NCBI GenBank assembly: GCA_025839675.1
Contig: CP104013.1
Location: 2,010,001-2,042,000, forward strand
Direction of reading: 5' to 3'
Source: Candidatus Lokiarchaeum ossiferum
GTDB taxonomy: Archaea > Asgardarchaeota > Lokiarchaeia > Sigyniarchaeales > Promethearchaeaceae
Length of the DNA: 32,000 bases
Both the position numbers and the translations under genes were made by a program. Shown here piece by piece: positions 17,201 to 24,220 of this stretch (positions within the stretch are counted from its first letter, which is position 1; each line of letters starts with the position of its first letter). The notes below the pieces were generated by a model. It had not been told where the DNA came from and did not search any database. It was given only the letters and a program-made list of their open reading frames with translations.

Positions 17201-17412
17201 GTATCTTGGGAAATTTCAGCTAAAATATTTTCGACATATAAGTTATCCCCTAACGATTGTGATTCCAATGGATTACCAACTTTATCAGAAGATTTTTGTG
17301 TAGAGGTAAGAAAATCATTTTGAATCATATTTCTATTTTCAAAAATATTCCCCCAACTTAACGAAGACAATGAAATAAGATATATCAAGAATAATATTTT
17401 CTGGTGTTTCAA
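14233..17412 (-). CDS. 1059-aa secreted, C-terminally anchored, sequon-rich surface protein with CARDB/DUF11-like beta-sandwich modules
   Basis: - The signal peptide is MKHQKILFLIYLISLSSLSWG, with a TTG start and AAGGGGT about 9 nt upstream.
- The C-terminal TM plus basic tail is FGLSSSMVIGVSLMFFIIHIKRRSK.
- My manual count gives about 26 N-X-S/T sequons.
- Three segments resemble the first strand of CARDB/DUF11 domains: TVNFTLKVKNLCNSDV, ILLVNCTMMNVGDSNITNV and NVVVSIKITNFGDIPIQNLVI. Confidence 0.7.
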   Translation of the reverse strand: MKHQKILFLIYLISLSSLSWGNIFENRNMIQNDFLTSTQKSSDKVGNPLESQSLGDNLYVENILAEISQDTSVIHHSRVSNSRNMFGLDLLEPCFSNASFYLSFTNELQNPIPLSTFSYGKNAPSVSKFGFLGFLVYETSYSANVVASLRDRVVKLFETKFELNIIELQNVTDENIYFFPFYGLISNFSQFTENVLGSISTEGYFNPSFLNQPLNTSISSSNFVQESLFYFHSPTTINVITHFWEKHYESLNFDIYTPLNRIPLLSLVNDFSEMEGNSADRALVSAEVDNLILDQNIDDLINFPFHILQVSYTGNSEGIKTKNGEYIFNFRKALGLPDNFPIELSTECLNSLFGLFSGISIVCAHSDILEVSPQKFNISSENIVPLQHFLYLASNGADISLNFRDYQWNVLFESQGSISQLKTLPKKVQNLAPNLEDFFDLFSPFALSFLPCLFFDSVPDFYMKYKLKENPTLIKIQKEMISLNHSEPFFFDNQTVNFTLKVKNLCNSDVWGLPMPDLSSFGINNLSPDNSISNRLEVLGYNTKSMFSSDIPRFFSIDLLGQGYFSQIFPNILNESVRSRYSPAFTASILDNLADLTVHTSYNESQLVEYAQSFNYSYSMYNPLNWVIQPNSTLNFFSQITLDTGNSTFLTNDPATFRYGSEHGYEFHDIRSNSLAIFLNSSTSIKATARLVQNFTRSGYQNSYIVSLHHSGNKNFTNIKINVSIVGILIDSGDFDRNGKILSLNIPYFNASTLQTEFSYTFFSPNSLIIRSTKVWWEDESYQRILLSNEVEMFVEPYFDDKLHLPFIPQLSLDTSISIHNKSILLVNCTMMNVGDSNITNVNLLPLFPSDSYILTNITQNSNISLLTPLETYTTVFIFEIIFPYAILSPLIWMNGLDSYLYHFSSCISHPLGSPNITISKILNRIQGWTGQNVVVSIKITNFGDIPIQNLVIDDYYGFPIQSMSLDQGVLQKSIFILGVGESFSFNYSLNLEQLGNFELLGAQVRYLYVSQIKITSEIKTLQVRSTFNLIFGLSSSMVIGVSLMFFIIHIKRRSKVHL

Positions 17413-17435
17413 TTAATTTGACCCCTTAAGTAATT

Positions 17436-18428
17436 TTAAGATTCAATATATTTCTTTAAGATTAATGTATTATTTTTGATTGTATAGAGCAACTGATTCT
17501 TTTGGATCATTTCGCTAAGGAGTATTTCAAATGGTATGGGAAGATTTTTGAGAATATTTGCTTCAATATTTTGTTTTATCGATTCAAAGCTCAATTCAGT
17601 TTGAGAATGCATTAAAGCTTGATTTATTAAGAAATATATCCTATTTTGGCATATGAGAACATAATCTAAAGGATTTTTTGTTGATAAAGGAATTTGAGTG
17701 GATGACTCAGAAGAAATAGAAGAAGTAAGCATTTCATTGGAATCATCAATTTTTCCATCCTTAATATGAATAATTCGACTACAATATGAGGCAACCAGGG
17801 GATCATGAGTCGCAACGATAAAGGTTGCACCTTTTTGGTTAAGTTGACGCAAAAGTTCCAATATTTCATGAGCAGATTTAGAATCTAAATCCCCTGTGGG
17901 TTCATCTAACAAAACAATTGTAGGATCATTTGCAAATGCGCGAGCAATGGCAACTCTTTGCTGTTGCCCTCCAGAAAGTTCAGAAGGAGCATGATCTGCT
18001 CGATCTTTCAATCCCACATCATCAAGTAACGTTAAAGCTTTTGTTCGAGCTTCATTCTTTGACAATCCTTGAAATAGCATTGGGGACATAACATTTTCTA
18101 CCGCTGATAATAGAGGGAAAAGATTATAAAATTGAAATACGACCCCAATTTTATCCCGACGTAGGTGTGCTTTTTCTGTTTCGGTCAACTTTGATAAATC
18201 ATCTCCCTCAAGATAAACAGTACCCCTTGAAGGATCATCTAGCCCCCCAATGATATTTAGGAGAGTTGTTTTTCCACAACCAGAAGGTCCCATAATACCG
18301 ACAAATTCGTGTTCTTTAAATTCAAGATCAATTCCTCGTAAGGCAGGAACAGCATTGGTTCCTAATAAGAACGTTTTATGCAAATTTTCAACGATTATTT
18401 TGGTTTCATTTAATTGGGTAGTAGTCAT
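17436..18428 (-). CDS. ABC transporter ATP-binding protein, MacB/LolD-like (COG1136 type) with a C-terminal extension of about 100 aa
   Basis: It has Walker [10 protein letters not shown], a Q-loop VFQFYNL, the signature [14 protein letters not shown], Walker [13 protein letters not shown] and an H-loop VATHD. The canonical NBD ends near IHIKDGKI (about aa 227), and 100 further residues follow. Confidence 0.9.
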   Translation of the reverse strand: MTTTQLNETKIIVENLHKTFLLGTNAVPALRGIDLEFKEHEFVGIMGPSGCGKTTLLNIIGGLDDPSRGTVYLEGDDLSKLTETEKAHLRRDKIGVVFQFYNLFPLLSAVENVMSPMLFQGLSKNEARTKALTLLDDVGLKDRADHAPSELSGGQQQRVAIARAFANDPTIVLLDEPTGDLDSKSAHEILELLRQLNQKGATFIVATHDPLVASYCSRIIHIKDGKIDDSNEMLTSSISSESSTQIPLSTKNPLDYVLICQNRIYFLINQALMHSQTELSFESIKQNIEANILKNLPIPFEILLSEMIQKNQLLYTIKNNTLILKKYIES

Positions 18429-18440
18429 TGTGATTTTCCT

Positions 18441-21290
18441 TTAAATAGTTAAATTTGGAGCAATTTTGGTTTCAATCTTCTGTCGGAAGATACGATGATA
18501 GGTAAATTTGAGATATAAGCCTGAAATTATAAACAGAGCAATTATAAGATCAAAAGAAAGGGAAAAAGGAGTTTGGACGCGATAAGCAACTTCCCCTAAA
18601 GAAGAAAAGGTATAAGCCATAAAACTGCCTCCCAAAACACCCACAATTCCATTAGCAAATAATAAAATTAATAATTCGACAGAGAATACTTTTTCAATAT
18701 CCTTGATACTAAGGCCTATTCCTCGTAAAGCGCGAATTTCATTTTGGCGTTCTACAAAAATAGAATAAGCAGAAACACTCAAATTGGAAACAGCCGTAAA
18801 AATGAAAATAAATAATAAGATCGACACGCCATACTTGATATTTGAAAATAATTTTTGATCTTGAAAGATCCATTGAGTGGTTGTAATTATTTCAAGGTTG
18901 TAATTGGTTAAAAGGGTATATATATCTGAACGTACAAGATCTTCGTCAGCATTGGCACTTACCTTTACTAAAATTCGCGATGCATATCCTTGATTACCAG
19001 TATCAGAGGTCATTCCAAAGCCTTGATTAAATAAAGAACGTGAAAATAATATTCCATTTTCATTCAGATAATCAAACGATTGCTTATCGAGATTGGTAAA
19101 TTCTTCAAAACTTCTTACTCCGGGAATTTGTGTAAAGATCCCAGCAACATTAACAATTTCCTCTTGGATTGTATTATTATTTTTAAATTTTAACCGAAGA
19201 GAATCATTTATCGTAATTTCCAAAGTAGCTGCGAGTTTTGCAAATATAATTACCGATGTGTGTGAGAATAATTGTTCAAAGGCACCCTCAAAAGTCCCCA
19301 TATCCATCCGGATTATATCTTGATAGATCGTTCTGGCAAAATCTTGATCAACTGCAACTGAAAACACATTCGTGGAGATAACTCCTCCAATCTCACTGAT
19401 GGATAGCGATAAATCTTGATAAACGTGTGGATTTCCGGGAAAATTGTGATTTTGCAAATCACCAGTTCTTAAAACAGCAGTTGAACTTTCAACACCTTCG
19501 ACTTCTCGCACTTTATCTCTAAGATCCATTGGAAGTAATGTTTGGTCAGAGCTATGAATAAACATGTCCGAACCCGTTTTAAGTTGTTTTTGTAAGATCA
19601 TTTGATTCGTGACATTCGTCATAAATGAACTTGTAAAAATTATCATGCAAAAACTAAAGAGAAGCATGAAATTAATCAAATTATTCCTTCGATTATGCCG
19701 AAAAATGGACATTTTAAGAAAATTTCGGATATTTGATAAGACTGGGGAGAAAACGGCCAAAAATCCCCGTATAAGGAGAGGTAAAATACCCAAACCAAGA
19801 AGAATAAATCCTATCATGACACAAAATAGCGTAATACTCATCAAATTTAAAAAAAAGTCTATTTTTCCTGAGATCATAATATTTGGTAAAGACATAAAAA
19901 CAAACAATCCCACCAGACATAACACAAAACCAACAAAAGTCAAATAGAGAAGAGTTTTTTTACCATTGGTTTTGAATGATATCTTACTTTCAATAAATCT
20001 ATCTGGATAAATGCTTCTAATTAAGGGCATATTATACGCATAACGAGCTGGAACAAAGGAAACCAAAGTGGATATAATAATCCCTAGACTACAGCCATAG
20101 AACACATTTAGAGGTCGAATTCTTATCGAAGTGAGATCAAATTTCTGCAAGAGGGGGCTTAATATCAAGAAAAAGAGAACAGAAGCAAGACTACCTATCA
20201 GAGATCCCACGATACCCAATTTAAATCCTTGGAAAGTTATTTTCTTTAAAATGTGATCTTTAGAGGCCCCAATCGTTCGTTCAATTCCAAATTCTCTAAT
20301 TCTATCATTTAATGAAGTCGTCAATGTGCTATAAATAAAAGTGGTACTCAAAAATACCGCAGATAACCCCATAAAAAACGTTAAGGCAGTGACCAATAAT
20401 TGAAAAGTTTTTGAATTACGAGCATTAGCTAATTGTTTATATTCTAAAGTCAAATCTTGAAGACTAGGCATATAATTTTGTGCAGCTACTATGATTTGAG
20501 CCCCTTGATTCTGAAGAAAATCGTTGGTTTCCTCCATAGTTCCAAAGGTGTATAAATCTGTTTCAGGCACTAAATCTATGAGCATAGTATTTACTTTGTG
20601 ATTCCACGAGATCCCATTTGATAAAGGAATTTTGGTGTTAAGTAAGTCCCAAAATGTTGGTAAATTTACAATTAACTCAAAATTAGGATTTTTTCCTAAA
20701 CCAGCATTCTCATCCTTTTCAAATATCCCTACAACAAATAAACTATGGGTAAAATTTAATTGGGGGAATGTGATCTCGAGAACAGTGCCAATTGAAACCT
20801 GATTTTGTTCACTATATCGATCGGATATGATACAATTGTCAGAGGATAACCCTTGAAAAATAGACTGAGTCCAATTTTCACTCCGAAATAGGAGGGATTC
20901 TTCATTGAATCCAAAATTCTGATTATGTTCGCCAGAAAAATCTACCGCAAGCATAGTAGCAGAGTCGAAGTTTGAGTCACCATTCTTTTTAAGAAAATCC
21001 ATTTTTATTCGCGAGAATGATCTACTGAACTCAGATATTGACGAAGAAAGAGAATCAACCATCAGATCAGAATTGAAAAACATAGAAGGTGAATAAATAT
21101 CAATATCGACATCATTTGAAGATGTTAAATATTCGGTTAGGGAAGCATCAATTGAATCACCCATAAAAAGTACCGAAGTAAAGAAAAAAATGGCCAAACT
21201 CAACCCTACAATTGCAATTCTTCCATCCTTCAATTGTTTTGAGTTAAATTTTGGAAATTTTTGCGTTTTTTCTTTTAATTTCCCATTCAA
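18441..21290 (-). CDS. ABC transporter permease with two FtsX/MacB-type modules and two large extracytoplasmic domains (949 aa)
   Basis: It has two FtsX-like blocks: LNDRIREFGIERTIGASKDHILKKITFQGFKLGIVGSLIGS and VERQNEIRALRGIGLSIKDIEKVFSVELLILLFANGIVGVLGG. The start is TTG (no ATG before TM1), and the stop lies 12 nt before the ATPase start. Confidence 0.8.
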   Translation of the reverse strand: MNGKLKEKTQKFPKFNSKQLKDGRIAIVGLSLAIFFFTSVLFMGDSIDASLTEYLTSSNDVDIDIYSPSMFFNSDLMVDSLSSSISEFSRSFSRIKMDFLKKNGDSNFDSATMLAVDFSGEHNQNFGFNEESLLFRSENWTQSIFQGLSSDNCIISDRYSEQNQVSIGTVLEITFPQLNFTHSLFVVGIFEKDENAGLGKNPNFELIVNLPTFWDLLNTKIPLSNGISWNHKVNTMLIDLVPETDLYTFGTMEETNDFLQNQGAQIIVAAQNYMPSLQDLTLEYKQLANARNSKTFQLLVTALTFFMGLSAVFLSTTFIYSTLTTSLNDRIREFGIERTIGASKDHILKKITFQGFKLGIVGSLIGSLASVLFFLILSPLLQKFDLTSIRIRPLNVFYGCSLGIIISTLVSFVPARYAYNMPLIRSIYPDRFIESKISFKTNGKKTLLYLTFVGFVLCLVGLFVFMSLPNIMISGKIDFFLNLMSITLFCVMIGFILLGLGILPLLIRGFLAVFSPVLSNIRNFLKMSIFRHNRRNNLINFMLLFSFCMIIFTSSFMTNVTNQMILQKQLKTGSDMFIHSSDQTLLPMDLRDKVREVEGVESSTAVLRTGDLQNHNFPGNPHVYQDLSLSISEIGGVISTNVFSVAVDQDFARTIYQDIIRMDMGTFEGAFEQLFSHTSVIIFAKLAATLEITINDSLRLKFKNNNTIQEEIVNVAGIFTQIPGVRSFEEFTNLDKQSFDYLNENGILFSRSLFNQGFGMTSDTGNQGYASRILVKVSANADEDLVRSDIYTLLTNYNLEIITTTQWIFQDQKLFSNIKYGVSILLFIFIFTAVSNLSVSAYSIFVERQNEIRALRGIGLSIKDIEKVFSVELLILLFANGIVGVLGGSFMAYTFSSLGEVAYRVQTPFSLSFDLIIALFIISGLYLKFTYHRIFRQKIETKIAPNLTI

Positions 21291-21514
21291 TTTCAGTTAC
21301 ATCACATCTACAAATTCCAAGAGACCCTTGGTTATATTTTTACTTTTAATTCCTAATAAAAATTGTTGTCAAACAATCATTATTCAAAAAGAAAGGAAAA
21401 AATTGAGTCAATTACGTATCCCACAAAAGATGCGTAATTTTCAGTCAATTTACAAACCTATCAAATCCAATTGCAGAAGTGTCAAAGATCCCAATTTTTG
21501 AATCATTTCGGGAT

Positions 21515-21580
21515 GCGGACGAAAAAATGACAAATGAAGACTAAAAACAACCTCACACAATTCGATCCGCTTTTTGTTCT
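21515..21580 (+). other. GC-rich long-range stem (GCGGACGAA ... TTCGATCCGC) followed by a T-run; orphan terminator-like or small structured RNA element
   Basis: Positions 21515-21523 pair with 21561-21570 (9 bp with one bulged A). TTTTTGTTCTTT (21571-21582) follows directly. It is located in the 385-nt divergent intergenic region, about 95 nt upstream of the PfkB start. Confidence 0.25.
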
Positions 21581-21675
21581 TTCAATATCTTCCGATCAAA
21601 AAAATTTTAGATCATTACTTGGAAAAAACCAAGGAGAAGTAAATCCTTTTTTTGTTCATAGCTGCTATTTATAAC

Positions 21676-22605
21676 ATGGGTTATGATATTATGGGAATTG
21701 GAGAAGTGGTTGTGGACTGGGTTGCCACAGTGGATCATTTTCCCGAACCTGACGAAAAAATTGATTCCAAGACTCAAAATCTATTTAGTGGAGGAGTTAC
21801 TGCCAATTATTGTGTAGCTGCAGCACGATTAGGCGCAAAGGTGTCATTTTTTGGAGCAATCGGAAGTGATGACCATGGAAATTTTTTAAAGGCAGATTTC
21901 ATTTCTGAGAAAATTGACTGTCAAAACCTGCTAGTTAAGGCAAATTGTCCCACTCCGGTCAATTTTATATTTGTAGTTGAAAAAACTGGCGAAAAGGTTA
22001 TAATTCAAAGCCCATATATGCATACAACGGTACCTTCAATAGAAAGTTTTCAAGAAAAGATCTTATCGGGAGTTAAACTTGTCCATTCCACGGGTATATA
22101 CCCCGAAATTACATTACGTGCATTTAGATATGCCCGAAAACATAATATTATAACTTCATTTGATCTAGAAAAACAGATTGCTGTTTGGGGAGTAGCCAAG
22201 CTTAAACCAATTCTTGAAAATGTAGATATTCTCTTACCAAATAAAATGGGAGCAATGGAACTCACCAATACAAATTCACCGTTAGACGCGGCCAAAATTT
22301 TCATCCAGTGGGGAATTAAAACGATAGTTATAACACTTGGTGAAGAAGGAGCTTTGGCTGTTACTAAAGATCGCATTTTACGCTTCCCCGCCAAAAAAAT
22401 TAAACCTGTTGATACCACAGGAGCGGGAGATACTTTTTGTGCGGCCTTTGGTTATGCTTACGGTATTCTATCAATGCCTTTAGATAAAGCGGTTCAATAC
22501 GCAAATGCAGCAGCATTTCTCAAAATTCAACATTTAGGTGCTCGAAGCGGAATGCCCAGTTCTAGTCAAGTCGAACAACTTTTGATCAAAGAAAAACTAA
22601 ACTGA
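21676..22605 (+). CDS. PfkB-family carbohydrate/nucleoside kinase
   Basis: It has the PfkB signatures GGVTANYCVAAARLG (N-terminal) and DTTGAGDTFCAAF (C-terminal). The track start at 21652 is TTG; ATG at 21676 (MGYDIMGIGEVVVDW) gives a typical N-terminus. Confidence 0.8.
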   Translation: MGYDIMGIGEVVVDWVATVDHFPEPDEKIDSKTQNLFSGGVTANYCVAAARLGAKVSFFGAIGSDDHGNFLKADFISEKIDCQNLLVKANCPTPVNFIFVVEKTGEKVIIQSPYMHTTVPSIESFQEKILSGVKLVHSTGIYPEITLRAFRYARKHNIITSFDLEKQIAVWGVAKLKPILENVDILLPNKMGAMELTNTNSPLDAAKIFIQWGIKTIVITLGEEGALAVTKDRILRFPAKKIKPVDTTGAGDTFCAAFGYAYGILSMPLDKAVQYANAAAFLKIQHLGARSGMPSSSQVEQLLIKEKLN

Positions 22606-22793
22606 AAGTTTTATCTTGATTTACCATTGGTTATTCTGAAATAACTAATGTTGAATTTTCTAACAATCTCGCACCTTATTTATTAGAAGCTTTTTTGCAG
22701 CGGGTATTCATCTTATTCAGTCGGATATGAACCAAGACTTCTTTTTTTGTATTCGTTTTAAAAACCAACAAATAATATAGTCTTTGATTGTAT

Positions 22794-23696
22794 ATGATAA
22801 GTATGGATGATGAACAAGATTCTAAATCGCGACGATTATGCAAAGAGTATCAAGCGGACATTTTGGAAGTCATCCAAGCTTTAGGAAATCTCCATCGATA
22901 TAAAATTCTTATGACATTGGTAGATCATAATTCCGACTTTCAAGAATTGCTTGCTATATTAAATCTCGGAAAAACTGCTACATCTCATCATTTAAGGAAA
23001 TTAGGAGATCTCAACCTTATTGTAAAGACCCATCGAGGAAAATATGCAATTTCCCATGATGGAAAATCATTTCTCCATGCTATTGCCAAGGGATATTCAG
23101 AAACTTATCTCAAAAGACGATTTGATCAACAGCTCCAAACACTATACAATCAAAATAGAACAAAATTTAGGAAAAAATATAAAATGAACAAATTTCCAGT
23201 AAAAATTGTATCACTACCTCCAATGAAGGTCGCGAGTGTTAGAGCCATCAGTCCAACCCCAGAAAATGATGCTTGGACGAAATTAGAAAAATATGCAATG
23301 AAGCATAATCTGTTGGAAAATCATGAATTACATCCAATATATGGCTTCAATAATCCAGATCCAACACAAGGTCAAAAAGAATATGGCTATGAATTTTGGA
23401 TCCGAGTGGATTCCTTTACCCAATCGGAAAAAGATGTCATTATCAAAGAAATCCCTAGCGCTCTATATGCTGTTAAGGAATGTAATCTCTTTGAAGAAAG
23501 TCAATCAGATTTTTTCAAAAAGAATGGAATTTTAGAATCCTGGTCCCAATTATTTCATTGGGTTGAAGAAAGTGAGTATCAACGAGGAACACATCAATAT
23601 TTAGAAAAATCACTTAATCCAGGACATGATATTGAAGAATTAATTTTGGAATTGCATATGCCAATTATTAATAGCAGGAAGGGAGTTGGAAATTGA
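22794..23696 (+). CDS. transcription regulator: N-terminal ArsR-type winged helix fused to a GyrI-like (SbmC/Rob/BmrR-type) ligand-binding domain
   Basis: The ArsR-like wHTH is LGNLHRYKILMTLVDHNSDFQELLAILNLGKTATSHHLRKLGDLNLIV. The GyrI-like half is VKIVSLPPMKVASVRAISP...HPIYGFNNPDP...EYGYEFWIRVD...IPSALYAVKEC. The track start is TTG at 22788, and the first ATG is at 22794. Confidence 0.7.
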   Translation: MISMDDEQDSKSRRLCKEYQADILEVIQALGNLHRYKILMTLVDHNSDFQELLAILNLGKTATSHHLRKLGDLNLIVKTHRGKYAISHDGKSFLHAIAKGYSETYLKRRFDQQLQTLYNQNRTKFRKKYKMNKFPVKIVSLPPMKVASVRAISPTPENDAWTKLEKYAMKHNLLENHELHPIYGFNNPDPTQGQKEYGYEFWIRVDSFTQSEKDVIIKEIPSALYAVKECNLFEESQSDFFKKNGILESWSQLFHWVEESEYQRGTHQYLEKSLNPGHDIEELILELHMPIINSRKGVGN

Positions 23697-23697
23697 T

Positions 23698-24195
23698 ATG
23701 TCAATCCAGTTAGAAACAGATAAGATGGAAATTCTTCCAATCAATCTCACAGAAGATCTCCCAAAATTAACTGAAGTTATGAAACGAGCATTCAATGACG
23801 ATGCACGCAGATTTAATAATAAACCAGAAGGAGATGGCCCTCCAGGATATGATGATGGCAATTTTTATCGTAAATGGAGTCCCCAATCTAAAGGGTTTAA
23901 AATTGTATTTCAAAATAAGATTGTAGGCGCAATTTTAGTTTTTCCTAATTCGAAAGGAAAGAGCTATCTTGGAAATATCAATATAGATCCCCAATATCAA
24001 AATCTTGGCATCGGTACCAAATTAATTCAATTTATCGAACGAAAATTTCCTTTATCAAAACTCTGGGTTCTGGATACTCCCTCTTGGGCTACCCGAAATC
24101 ATCATTTTTATCAAAAAAATGGATATTCTAAAACCAAAGAAGTTGTGCATAATAAATCAATGAAGAGTTTTGTTTTTGAGAAGAGAATTGAATGA
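23698..24195 (+). CDS. GNAT-family N-acetyltransferase
   Basis: The acetyl-CoA motif A is IDPQYQNLGIGTKLIQFIE, and the C-terminal motif is NHHFYQKNGY. The ATG lies 2 nt after the regulator's TGA, with GGAAGGGAG upstream, so the two genes are translationally linked. Confidence 0.8.
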   Translation: MSIQLETDKMEILPINLTEDLPKLTEVMKRAFNDDARRFNNKPEGDGPPGYDDGNFYRKWSPQSKGFKIVFQNKIVGAILVFPNSKGKSYLGNINIDPQYQNLGIGTKLIQFIERKFPLSKLWVLDTPSWATRNHHFYQKNGYSKTKEVVHNKSMKSFVFEKRIE

Positions 24196-24220
24196 TCCTA
24201 ATAATGAGAGTGAATCAAAT

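Noticed and set aside
14552-19947. ORFs 14552..14737 (-), 17666..17869 (-), 18250..18444 (+), 19093..19323 (+), 19609..19947 (+) and 19714..19920 (-)
   Set aside because: All are nested within the large ABC-cluster genes in alternative frames, and none has recognisable motifs.
21406-21450. AGTCAATT direct repeat plus AATTACG/CGTAATT inverted repeat in the 21.4 kb intergenic region
   Set aside because: The arms are short (7-8 bp) and AT-rich, which is within chance expectation, and there is no positional argument.
21190-21501. ORF 21190..21501 (+), 103 aa, in the divergent intergenic region
   Set aside because: It overlaps the 5' end of the permease gene, has a low-complexity sequence (FNFPFNFSY, LLLIPNKN), and has no RBS or motif. 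It is more likely promoter DNA.
22050-23861. ORFs 22050..22418 (-), 23323..23535 (+) and 23640..23861 (-)
   Set aside because: They overlap the PfkB, ArsR-GyrI and GNAT genes in other frames or on the other strand.
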